DNA from: Eledone cirrhosa
Lineage: Eukaryota
DNA: 64,000 nt
Direction: 5' to 3'
NCBI GenBank assembly: GCA_964016885.1
Contig: OZ024743.1
Location: 376,154,001 to 376,218,000 of the forward strand
Of this stretch, positions 1-14,586 are shown piece after piece. The translations under genes and the position numbers were made by a program. The notes beneath the pieces were generated by a model. The model had not been told where the DNA came from. It saw only the letters and a program-made list of their open reading frames with translations, and searched no databases. Position 1 is the first letter of the stretch. Every line of letters starts with the position of its first letter.

Positions 1-468
1 ATAAATAATTATATAAACGTATATAAGTAAATAAATACGTATATAACAAGCGCACACGCATACCTACATATAAATACACGAATGTTCGGAGACGTAAGTC
101 AACTAAAACAAGAAGTACACATATACACACACCCACCATTCGTACGAACCTGCACACTCACGCGGACGCAAAACTCCCGTATACACATAGCCAAACCCTA
201 AATACCAGAATATGTAAAAATTATACGCTATAACAGTCAAATATACGTACGAGAAGGTATACATACCTTCACAAAACATACGGGTAATATATACTTACCT
301 ATACAAATAAGTAAAGGAATAAACAAAACATATACTTAGCTCCCACACCAAGACGTAAAATATCCACGTATAGATCGTGCTATCCGTTAGGGTATAACGT
401 GGGGCTGTAATACAGGAAAGTTTTGTGCCATTTATGTTTACAAGCCGAAATTGCCTCAGATTTTTTGT

Positions 469-1206
469 TTAAGATGTGTCTGTAGCGTAGAGTATTTCCA
501 GGGCCTCAGCGGTGCAGAGGTTACATGGTCTTTTATTTCCGTTATACGATCTAGCCCTAGCTAGGATCTCCCAGTGTAACTTATATTGGGTGTGGTTGTC
601 TTTTAGACTCCAGATATAAGCTGAAAGTGACGTCATATTCCTTCTTAGAGGGTAACGAAAAGAATGGGTATGCATGTAAAGGCGCTGCTTGAAACTATTG
701 GCGGTTAACCCTATGTAGGCCCTACGGGACGTGGGTGTTACAACCTTACATTTGTAGACAATGTTACTAGAGAGGCATTTCCCGGATAGGGGGCAATCAG
801 CCCGATTCCTACAATTACAGTTAGTACTAACTACAGGGTTGCACGTGTTCCTACGGCTAGGTAGTTTAGCTAAATTTGAAGCTGTGATGTTATGTGCAAG
901 GTTAGGAGTCGTAGAGTAAGAAATTTTAATAGAATTTCTATTAAAAATTTTACTATATTTATGTGTAGAGGGAAAATGCTTCGTAATAAAGGAAAGAAAG
1001 ATCTTAGCTAATGGTGTGGCCACCTCCATATTATATGGTGGGTTAAACCAACAAATGCGACGGGATCTATTTCTTCTAGGTCTATTTTCGTACTCTGTAT
1101 ATGCTACCTTATCGACAAATCCACTTCGAGCAAGAGCTTCATTGTAATAAGTGGAATGGTCGTTGAAAATGCGCTCGTTGGTGGAAAGACGGGAAAGCCT
1201 CAACGA
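469..1206 (-). pseudogene. PLE ORF C-terminal part: RT thumb, Cys linker and GIY-YIG endonuclease
   Basis: Motifs RRICWFNPPY, CNCRNRADCPLSGKC, IVYKC..AYIGLT..FKQR..H and CNLC. It is truncated at the inversion junction (~1206). Confidence 0.9.
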
Positions 1207-2341
1207 AAAGACAACCACACCCAATATAAGTTACACTGGGAGATCCTAGCTAGGGCTAGATCGTATAACGGAACTAAAAGACCATGTGACCTCTGCGCCG
1301 CTGAGGCCCTGGAAATACTCTACGCTACAGACCACATCTTAAACAAAAAATCTGAGGCAATTTCGGCTTGTAAACATAAATGGCACAAAACTTTCCTGTA
1401 TTACAGCCCCACGTTATACCCTAACGGATAGCACGATCTATACGTGGATATTTTACGTCTTGATGTGGGAGCTAAGTATATGTTTTGTTTATTCCTTTAC
1501 TTATTTGCATAGGTAAGTATATATTACCCGTATGTTTTGTGAAGGTATGTATACCTTCTCGTACGTATATTTGACTGTTATAGCGTATCATTTTTACATA
1601 TTCTGGTATTTAGGGTTTGGCTATGTGTATACAGGAGTTTTGCGTCCGCGTGAGTGTGCAGGTTCGTACGAATGGTGGGTGTGTGTATATGTGTACTTCT
1701 TGTTTTAGTTGACTTACGTCTCCGAACATTCGTGTATTTATATGTAGGTATGCGTGTGCGCTTGTTATATACGTATTTATTTACTTATATACGTTTATAT
1801 AATTATTTATTTATTTGTACACAAGCATACTCACACACATATTTATACGTGCGTGGTTTTGTATACCCATGGTAAGGTTTTGCGTATGCTTGTGTATGTA
1901 CGTATCTGTTTGCGTGTATGTATTTATTTGTTTCTATTACTTCTGTATTGTATTTATTTACTTTGTTCTTAACTCTGTAGCGGAGATTCATTTGGTCTCC
2001 TAGTTAGAATCCTAGTCTACGATTTCTGCTATACCATTTACGTGGTTTTGTCTTTGCGTGCTATTGTTCTCCACGCTCCACATATGACTTATTATCTTCG
2101 TTTTTTCGTTCATTGCCAGAGAACGTCTCTATGCACCACCTAAGAGAACATTAGTCTACGACCTCTTTTATACCATAAACGTGGTTTTGTCTTTGCGCGT
2201 AATTGTTTTTCACCGCTCCTATTAATGACGTATTATTCGTTTTTTCCCGTTCTTTGCCAGCGAACGTTACCACGAACCAAAGTATCGTCTTCCTGTCTTC
2301 CTCCGGTTGCAACGCTTTTTGAAATATCCAGTTCTGCGTTT

Positions 2342-2417
2342 ACAGATTGACTTTGTTAGTTTCAGAAGATCCCGTTAAGGGTGAAAGCAGCGATTCTTTG
2401 CTTAAACTTTAATCTGT
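2342..2417 (+). ncRNA. Type I hammerhead-like motif with non-canonical core (CAGAAGA)
   Basis: Stem I is AGTTT/AAACT plus ACAGATTGA/TTAATCTGT. Stem II is CCC-gttaa-GGG, then GAAA, then stem III AGCA/TGCT. The predicted cut is after 2403. Confidence 0.65.
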
Positions 2418-2424
2418 TATTTTA

Positions 2425-2458
<34 letters not shown>

Positions 2459-2463
<5 letters not shown>

Positions 2464-3335
2464 GAAATTAAATAAATGGAAACTATATTTATAAAACCAT
2501 ATTTATTCTATTATATAAATTTCAAGGGTACCTAAACTTTGGTACGCTTTCATCAGATAAAATAGAAAGTTTGTTTTATAAATTTTGACGTAACCAAGAA
2601 AAAGATACCTTAAAGGTTCAAGTTTTCCTTGGATAGTATCTATCCAAGGAAAACTTGAACCGTTAAGGTATCTTTTTCTTGGTTATGTCCAAATTTATAA
2701 AACAAACTTTGTATTTTATCTGATGAAAGTGTACCAAAGTTTTGGTATCCTTGAAATCTAAACGATAATAAAGGAAGGTCTGCGGGATTGCGTACGGTTT
2801 TTTTTTTTTTTATCCCGTTTGTAAAATAAGTTGGATTACTTTGAATATAATTTATCTACTAAATTTCGTGGCTGTTCATTAAATATATTTTGTTTATTTA
2901 AAGATTCACTTCTTTAAAATTTCTGAAATGTCATCACATACTAATTTTCCGTCACTAATTTTCTTCTAATACAGTTTATATATAATATATCTTTTTTATT
3001 GAATCATGGATTACGTTACTGATTAAATAAGACAGTGTAACGCAGTCTTCGTTCAATTTCTATGTATTATATATTGTCAATTACGATTTTATTTGATGTA
3101 TCATATCTACATGTATATATACCTGCGTATAATATCAATATACACACTACACATGCTAGCAGAAAACCACCCTAAGGGGGGGGGGGGTTCTGCTAGTATA
3201 TATAATAGAATAAATATGGTTTTATAAATATAGTTTCCATTTATTTAATATCATTGAATATTATACTCCAGAAAACTTGAATCAGTTATAAACATTTATA
3301 TTTGCTGAATTACCAACAAATTGAATATCCCTTTT
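2459..3335. mobile_element. Fold-back pLTR relic related to PLE family B (21245-24341), with an HHR in each arm
   Basis: Palindrome centred near 2638. The arms are 2459-2636 and 2641-2756 plus 3197-3260. The motif CTGATGA-aag..ctt-GAAA occurs on both arms. Confidence 0.85.
2757..3196 (+). mobile_element. Non-autonomous Helitron-like insertion
   Basis: It starts with TC and ends with CTAG and a terminal hairpin. It lies between A and T with no TSD. Removing it restores cttgaaa|tatatataat as seen at 24275-24291. Confidence 0.75.
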
Positions 3336-3646
3336 GATTATATATATTATAACCAAATTAAAAGATATATGTTTATATATAGAGAGAAAGAGCCATATAT
3401 TGTAAAAGAAACACGGTGTATTGTATATATACCAAATACATATTCTTCTATAGAATATGTATTTGGTATATATACAATACATATTCTATAGAAGAATATG
3501 TACACAGATGGAATGGTAAGTGAAACCTTATAGCTCTTTCTCTCTCTATATAAACATGCCTTTTAATTTGCTTATTATGGTTCTAGATAAAGTCTATTGA
3601 GCTTATTTATTGAGAAGCACACAATTCTAAACATGTGTGTGTGTGT

Positions 3647-4105
3647 TTCCGGTTGGTTGGTTGGTTCCACAACCAGACGATTGTTCATATATTGTCAAAG
3701 TTCTTTCGTCACACATTCTGTGACCTCTTCAGTGATTGGAGATTCTTTTCTTTGTTTTTGTGCCTCTCCTTTGCTCTGTCCTACGCCATCTTGTTTTCAC
3801 ACAAAAACAAAATGGCGTAGGAGAGGCACAAAAACAAAGAAAAGAATCCCCAGTCACTGAAGAGGTCACAGAATGTGTGACGAAAGAACTTTGACAATAT
3901 ATGAACAATCGTCTGGTTGTGGAACCAACCAACCAACCGGAAATTTATAAATTCCTAAAATTATTAATTTAATTTATAATAAATTGAAGTCAAAGCAACT
4001 GGTGCGTGTGTTTCTTATTGGCAACATAACCCTCCCAAAGCATAACAATATCGGTTTCAACACACGTTTTCAGATAAAGAATCTTGCTAAACAAATTCAG
4101 AAACG

Positions 4106-4110
<5 letters not shown>
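3647..4110. mobile_element. Fold-back solo pLTR of PLE family C (Nematis-like), with two HHR motifs
   Basis: 3647-3810 is inverted relative to 3800-3945. It matches 29110-29440 and is followed by (TA)n. Confidence 0.88.
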
Positions 4111-4167
<57 letters not shown>

Positions 4168-4327
4168 GTAGGTCCCGGGTTGAGTCGGGGATAACCACAG
4201 TAAGTAAGGTACTCAATACATGGCAGAGTAAACATTTTTTATAGAAGGAGCTTCTACAGGACTAGTACTGTTTCATTCAGATGAAGATTTCATCTGAATG
4301 AAACAGTACTAGTCCTGTAGAAGCTCC

Positions 4328-4332
<5 letters not shown>
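4168..4332. mobile_element. PLE terminal fragment (family D) ending in a near-perfect hairpin with a partial HHR
   Basis: Palindrome at 4241-4332 containing GAAACAGTACTAGTC-CTGTAGAAG. Relatives occur at 6235-6410 and 29620-29765. It is flanked by (TA)n. Confidence 0.7.
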
Positions 4333-4375
<43 letters not shown>

Positions 4376-4632
4376 AAATGTGTGAGATCCTTGGTACAGT
4401 TAGGTATATTTGAAAAAGGGAAAAGAATGACTTCACTTGTAATGCTAAATAATTTGATTTAATTTTATAATATTATAATATTTTTTTTCAAATATTTACA
4501 CACACTATTCTGGATATAAAACAAATATCTGAACGCCTTACTGTTGATTTATTAACTTATAGAATTGTCTGTATATATATATAGATGGTGGCCGGGGACC
4601 GTTGAATTAATACTACCGACCTTCATTAATTT

Positions 4633-4910
<278 letters not shown>

Positions 4911-5166
4911 TATCGTTTTTTACAAAAACAATATAAAATAATTATAAAGATAGGTGGAGAAGTTAAACACAGCTCAAAATAGAGTAATTTATTATACAAC
5001 CAATACAAAAGGCATATCACACCCCTTTGAAAGAATTTTCCAAAAGGCATGTATACAAAAATCCTATTGTGCTAAAAATAACAATTACACTAGAAGCAAA
5101 TTATTAATTAAAATAGACACCAAATACAATTACTACATTAAATGCTGATTTACGAATATTTCATCC

Positions 5167-5332
<166 letters not shown>

Positions 5333-5335
5333 ATG

Positions 5336-5463
<128 letters not shown>

Positions 5464-5550
5464 ATTGGGATGGGATGCTTAAAGCATCCGTAAGCAGTAG
5501 GCCATTTGAGCACTCGATGGTCTTACAGAGCAGAGTATAAAATCAAATAA

Positions 5551-5734
5551 GAAACGGAGAATCAGTGGTGCGACGAATTAACATTTATTAGAATCGTTTC
5601 TCTGGCGACCAGCTCGTGGCAGGATCGATGTAATGATGGAACCTGACTCTGAAATCTTGCGATTGCAATATGAGAAACGATTGTAATATGTCTAATAAAT
5701 TTTAATTCGTCGCACCACTGATTCTCCGTTTCTC
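5551..5734. mobile_element. Fold-back element, probably a PLE terminus with a degenerate HHR
   Basis: Arms are 5551-5603 and ~5672-5734. A GAAAC..GTC half-core lies in the right arm. Confidence 0.5.
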
Positions 5735-5774
<40 letters not shown>

Positions 5775-5776
<2 letters not shown>

Positions 5777-6191
5777 AAGGCGGGTAAAATTCCCGAGATC
5801 CATGGACGAGTTCTCTCCAGCGGTCTCTGTCCCCCATTATCGCTGCCATGTCCTGCGTCTCCAACAGACCAGTGTCTGTCCTTAGGGCATCAACATACGT
5901 TAACCTTGGTCTTTCTCTTCTAGTGTGTCCATGTAGAGGCTCCCAAAGGACCACTGAGTGCAATGTCAACTCTGAATGTCGGTGAGCATGTCCAGCTAAC
6001 CTCAGTCTCCTCTGTGTCACTTTTGAGCTGACTTTTGGGAGGGTCCTATATAGTTCTGAGTTTTTCATCCTCAGTGTATACTGATTAATGTTCAGAGCCA
6101 TCCTCAGCATTCTCGTGTAGCACCCATCCACCATCTGAGTGAGTTTCTTGGTCAGTGTCCAAGTCTCAGACCCATACAGCAGCACAGACTC

Positions 6192-6194
<3 letters not shown>
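5775..6194 (-). pseudogene. 3' fragment of an RTE-clade LINE
   Basis: ESVLLYGSETWTL..RMLR..RLRLAGH..DRDRW is a typical RTE thumb/C-terminus. Confidence 0.88.
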
Positions 6195-6234
<40 letters not shown>

Positions 6235-6410
6235 ACATAGAAATGGCTTCTACAGGACTAGAACTGTTTCATTCGGGAGAAATCATCATCAGTTCTAGTC
6301 CTGTAGAAGCTATTTCTATATTAAATATTTTTAAATATTTATACTCTGCTATGTATTGAGTACCTTACTTACTGTGGTTACCCCGCCCCCCATTGAACCA
6401 ACCCGGGATA
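6235..6410. mobile_element. PLE family D terminal fragment with HHR core on the minus strand
   Basis: Minus strand reads CTGATGA..GAAAC agttcta GTC ctgtagaag. It is homologous to 4168-4280. Confidence 0.65.
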
Positions 6411-6414
6411 AACT

Positions 6415-6530
<116 letters not shown>

Positions 6531-6595
6531 CACACACACACACACAAACACACACACATATATACACATAATACATATATATATATATATATATA

Positions 6596-7773
6596 TATTG
6601 TTATACTTGGGGAGGGTCATATTTGTGTAATATTGCCAGAATTAATAACAGAACACACTCACTGTTTGGTTGGTTTTCGCTTCTCGCTGTCTTTTATATC
6701 GGTAATCTAACTTACTCGGTCCTCAATGTTGCCTGGAGGGAAATTAGCTAACAAGTGTAGAAAGGCCCTGAGAAAGACCCACTTAAAAATAAAGGTGGTA
6801 GAAAAGCCAGGAACCACCATAAAATCCCTGATCAGCAAAACCTACCCTTTTAAGAAAACCCACTGTACCAATAGGAAATGTATCATATGTAAGGTGAACC
6901 GCCGGATAAACTGTAAAACTAGAAACGTAGTCTATAGCATAAGATGTACAGAGGGTACTTGCAGAAACATGACAACAACATACATAGGTGAAAGGATAGA
7001 CCAACACTGGGGGGAACTAAAAGGACGAAAAAACGGGTCAGTACTATACGAACATGCTAGACAACAACATGACGGTAACATAGACAACATAGAAATTAGA
7101 ATAATATCTAAACATAGAAATGACCCAGCAGATAGGCAAATCAAAGAGGCCAGTGAAATAGAAATTAGAAGACCAAAGCTAAACAGAAAGAATGAATGGA
7201 ATAACAACAACACTCAAACAAACAACACTGACCTAAGAGAAGTATAAATAAGTAAATAAAATAAGATAAATAAATAAATAAATACATACACAAGCACAAT
7301 AACAACAAGCACATAAACACACACTAGTCACCCATCACACAGCAAACATAACACTATACACACACGCAAACGCATGCGCAAAGAAAACAAAATAAAATAA
7401 AGAAACAAGCAAATAAATAAATAAATATATAGACAGACTGAATAAAAATGGCGTAGACATACAACACAACAGGAGGAAAATATAACACCACTGACGATGT
7501 TGCAGATGTGCAACGAAAGATTTATGATAAACTATATATATGTGTTTGTGTCTATATTGTATCTGTATTATTTTTTGACCGTCGGTCAGTCAATGGCAGC
7601 ATTGAGGACCGATTAAGTTAGATCGCAGATATAAAAGACAGCGAGAAGCGAAAACCAACCAAACAGTGAGTGTGTTCTGTTATTAATTCTGGCAATATTA
7701 CACAAATATGACCCTCCCCAAGTATAACAATATTTGTTTCGACACACGATTTCATATAAAAAACCTCGCAAAA

Positions 7774-7776
<3 letters not shown>
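6596..7776 (+). mobile_element. 5'-truncated Nematis-like PLE (sister of family C): GIY-YIG fragment 6726-7247, inverted pLTR at the 5' end, HHR at ~7485-7555
   Basis: Motif CTNRKCIIC..CKTRNVVYSIRC..YIGE. 6596-6733 is inverted relative to 7596-7732. The HHR half reads CTGACGA-tGTTGCAgatgTGCAAC-GAAA. Confidence 0.9.
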
Positions 7777-7863
<87 letters not shown>

Positions 7864-7899
7864 GAAAGCGAGAGAGAGAGAGAGCGAGCGAGAGAGAGA

Positions 7900-7930
<31 letters not shown>

Positions 7931-8409
7931 TGGGAGAGAGAGAGTGGGAGAGAGAAAAGACATTAGTTAACCCTGTCGATTATGGGTGTTTAAATGATAT
8001 TAACTGAAGAAAAAATACAACTATTTGCGTGCAGTAAACATTCCATAGATCTTTCTTTCCATTCATTTACTTATAAGATCTCATTCTCACGTCATTGTCT
8101 TCTCGTATTTTTCTGTTTCAAATCAGACCCTCACATTAGAATTATTTATTTACGAAACAAACAATTAAATAAATACAGAAGTAATACATAAGTAATTATA
8201 TAAAAAAGAACAAACACAAAAGCAAGAGATATGCTTCTTTCGTGGGTCTAGTCTGTCGCTCTTTGATATATAAATGAAAGAGTAAGTAGCTTTGAATCAA
8301 CCAACCGTGTCTACTGCAAAAGACATGCTTGTGAAATTTCTGAAGAGATTCGTGTCTACCAGTAAATGCCACCCACAATGCCCCTCACCAGCGCATCAAC
8401 CTATAACCA

Positions 8410-10710
<2,301 letters not shown>

Positions 10711-11629
10711 ACGTGATGGTATAACAAGTTATATTATACATATTTCTTCATTTCAGACTTAAAGTAAACGTCAGTGGAAATCGTATGAAGAGAAAAAAAC
10801 AGCCCCATCATTTTACAATTATTTCAGACTAAATATTAATGAAGTATCAAACATTATTTCCTGTTTTTATTTGGGGAATCTTACTGGTGATCACCATGAA
10901 CCGTTACTTCTAGCAGAGTAGCACCACTAATCCTTCAACACTAAGGGTGAGCTAAATAATCCAGGCGCCGTTTACAGGCCACAATATTTAGCATCTTTCA
11001 ACAAATATTTGGAAAAAAGAACTCCTTAAGCTGTCTAGGATTATGTTCCTATTTCTCTAGTCAAACAGATATTTTATCTCATATTTGTTTAACATATCTT
11101 GTCAAATCGAAAGTACGAAACTAAGCAACGCCATCTTGAATTTTGCTTGCGTGTCGTTGTTGACGTTGCTGCTGCTGTTGTTGTTGCTTTAGTTGTTTCG
11201 TAATTCATACGAATCCATTTTTTATGAGTTAGTCATAGGCAGATGCAGAAGTACTTATTACCTATTGAGGATATCCCTGATGCAAGTTCGGTGGTGGGGT
11301 CGGGCGGATGGACACTTGATGCCCACCGTCAGATTTAGAAAATAGGGTTTATAAAATATAAACTATAAAATATATAAAATATAAACGTCTTGAAATTATG
11401 TTCTTTCAATTAGAGTGCCCACCCAGATTGTTCTGACCCCCACCCCTATCCTGAACAACAAAGACTGGGGACGGATCTTCTCAGCTAGGTCAGGTTTATA
11501 CGAATGATGTTCAACTTTATTAATTGTAGGTTAAGTCAATGTTTGAAGGAGGGAAAATAAAATGTGGACGTTTTATGAGAATTGTAGAGGGTTTGCAGTC
11601 CCAAGGAGAATGTTTAGCGCTTTAAATTA

Positions 11630-12260
11630 ATGATTTCAAATTTAGGCAGAAGGCTAGCAATTTGGGAGAAGGGGAAATTTGATTATATCGACCTCAGTTT
11701 TTGACTGGTATTTTATCGAGCGCGGAAGAATGACCATGACTCTATTTGAACTCAGAGCGTAGACAGTCAGAATAAATATTGGTTTTGATTTAGGCACAAG
11801 GCGAACAATTTTGGCGGAGGGGAAGGTCGATTAAATCGACCCCAGTGCGTGAGTGGTGTTTTATTTCATCGACCTCATAAGGATGAAAGGCAAAACTAAC
11901 CTCGGCGGGATTTGAACTCATAACGTAAAGGGCCGTAACTCTATGACGCAAAGCAACGCTCTACTAATTCTGTAAATCAACAGACAATAAATATTGCAAA
12001 ATATTCTATCTGACGTTCTAACCAGTGCCGCCTTCTGCGTGGTTATTTAATACATAGTGATTTCTAATCTAGGCAACAATTTGTGGAGAAGGGAAACACG
12101 ATTATATCGACGCCAGTGCATGACTGGTACTTTATTTTATCGACCCCGGAAGAATGGACGGTAAAGTTAACCGAGATGAGATTTGAACTCAGAACGTAGA
12201 AAGTCGTAACTAAACGCCACAAAGTATTTTGTCCGACGCTTTAACGACCACTCTGTCAAT
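11630..12260 (-). mobile_element. Three degenerate copies of a tRNA-derived SINE
   Basis: Reverse complements of the family at 58775-58960 and 63563-63960, with B-box-like GAGTTCAAATC and GCCTTTCATCC..GGTCGAT..AAAGTACCAG. Confidence 0.8.
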
Positions 12261-12898
12261 CCTCCGCCTTCGCCTTCTTTTTAAATAATATTGTCTTACT
12301 ATACTAAATAACTCTCTTTGTATTAAAATGAACAACAACAACAACAAAAACAACAAAAACAACAAAAACAACAAAAACAACAAAAACAACAAAAGAAATA
12401 ACAACAAACCAAAACTTAACCAAATATACACCAAACAAAATTGTTGTTTTCCAATTCTGCTGGGCGAAAAATAATAACATTAAAAGAACACACAATAAAA
12501 TGAAGTAACTCTTGCTATTTTTATGTTCAAACTCACAATGTTTATTAAAACTAAAAACTCTGTTGAGTAATACATTTTATTTATCAACTTTGCTTTTAAA
12601 TTTCATTAATTGTTTACAAAGTATCTTTTACAAGATGTGTTCAATTAATTTGAAATGTGAGGTAAAAATCTCTATTTAAATCAATCAGTTTTAATGACCT
12701 GTTTCGTTCCAAACGATGTTTTATCGTTTTTATACTAAAAAAAAAAAATGTAATACATAATATTACTTTTTTTTTAAAACTTAATTATATTTATCATATA
12801 ATTAATAGTGATGAGTTAATCATATAATTAATAGAAGAAATTAAAATAATTTTCAAAGCTTGGACTTGTTTTTGAAATATGATCTCTTTGTATGACGC

Positions 12899-12936
<38 letters not shown>

Positions 12937-12955
12937 CACACACACGCTCACACAT

Positions 12956-13002
<47 letters not shown>

Positions 13003-13006
13003 AATG

Positions 13007-13083
<77 letters not shown>

Positions 13084-13201
13084 ATATAATATATTATAAT
13101 GTAATAAATATATATGTACGTATGTATATATGTATATTTACATATATAGATGAATATATATATGTATATTTACACACACACATATGTATATTGATATGTA
13201 G

Positions 13202-13244
<43 letters not shown>

Positions 13245-13422
13245 CACATACATATATGTATATAAACGTTTACATATATATGTATCTAAACTTATATATA
13301 TATATATGTATATATGCATACATATGTACGCACGCACACACACACATACACACACAGGCACTCACACACACATATATATATATGTATATATATATATACA
13401 TATATTACATGAATATGCGCAA

Positions 13423-13497
<75 letters not shown>

Positions 13498-13639
13498 CAT
13501 ACACCCAGATACAGTCAGACAAGCAGACCTACGTAAAAGTTTGTATATATAAACCATTCTGATAACGCTATAGAATGTTATTGGTAAGGCGAATATATTA
13601 GGTAGTCTTTCTTACTCTGGTACATAGTTTGTATATACA

Positions 13640-13950
13640 AATGGACCACCGTCGGTTTCGACGATGCTTATTCCAGTTGTTCGATCAACAGGACACTTTG
13701 CTCTTGAAATTAAAGTAAAGGTGGCTGAGTATACCACAGACAAGTGCGTCCTTAACTTAGTTCTCACGGAGAATGAGCATGACACCGTGATTGATAAGAC
13801 TGTCTCCTTGACTTACAGGTGTCGTCCACCAGGCAGCCTTTCACACAGTTTCTGTTTACCAAGTTTCACTCACAAGGCATGAGTCGACCCGGATTTATAG
13901 TTAATGATGCCACACAGTGGAATCAATCTCAGAACCTAATGCTGCGTACA
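13640..13950. mobile_element. Degenerate SINE-like repeat fragments
   Basis: Resembles abundant octopus SINE bodies (gtggctgag..ccacagaca; tttctgt.taccaa..cactcacaaggc). This is recognition from memory, not an alignment. Confidence 0.45.
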
Positions 13951-14003
13951 CACAACCACTACCCATACGCATGTATACACACGCATACTTTCTTTCAATT
14001 TTC

Positions 14004-14084
<81 letters not shown>

Positions 14085-14383
14085 CATATATACATATATC
14101 TGATATTATGTAACTAACTTTACATAGATCAATAACGGAGTATAGCTACAATGTATTATCATCATCTAGAAACGATCGTAAAGCAGTGAAGTATATCTCT
14201 AATGACTTGATTTTTTATTTCATTGTTTTAACTTATATCATGACTCTGTTTTCATTTTAATGTTTTATTGTTTTCCGAGATTTATCTTAACCTACAACAT
14301 TTTCAACATATGGATTACATCGAGTTCTTCATGCAGAATAGACCCCACAACTTACTGTGGATACCTCTGTGTATATATATATA

Positions 14384-14547
14384 TAAGAGAATAGGGAGAA
14401 AAAGACGATTATTAGGAAGAAAAATATATTTTTTTCCTTCTATTCTTTTCTCTTTTTTCTGGGTTAGGAAATGTTTAAAATAAAATATTTTACTTTGTGT
14501 GAAGTGTTAAGGTATTAGTTAATTTATTTATTAATTAACAATGGGAT

Positions 14548-14586
<39 letters not shown>

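Larger units (their letters stand above)
1..2430 (-). mobile_element. 5'-truncated Penelope-like element (family A, probably Hydra-type clade) with inverted pseudo-LTR; left arm runs off the window
   Basis: Bases 1-604 are the reverse complement of 1207-1810. The right arm continues to 2430 and ends in (TA)n. The arms enclose a minus-strand thumb/GIY-YIG ORF. Confidence 0.92.

Noticed and set aside
1156-1431. Separate plus-strand gene
   Set aside because: It is the inverted duplicate of the PLE endonuclease tail read across the inversion junction.
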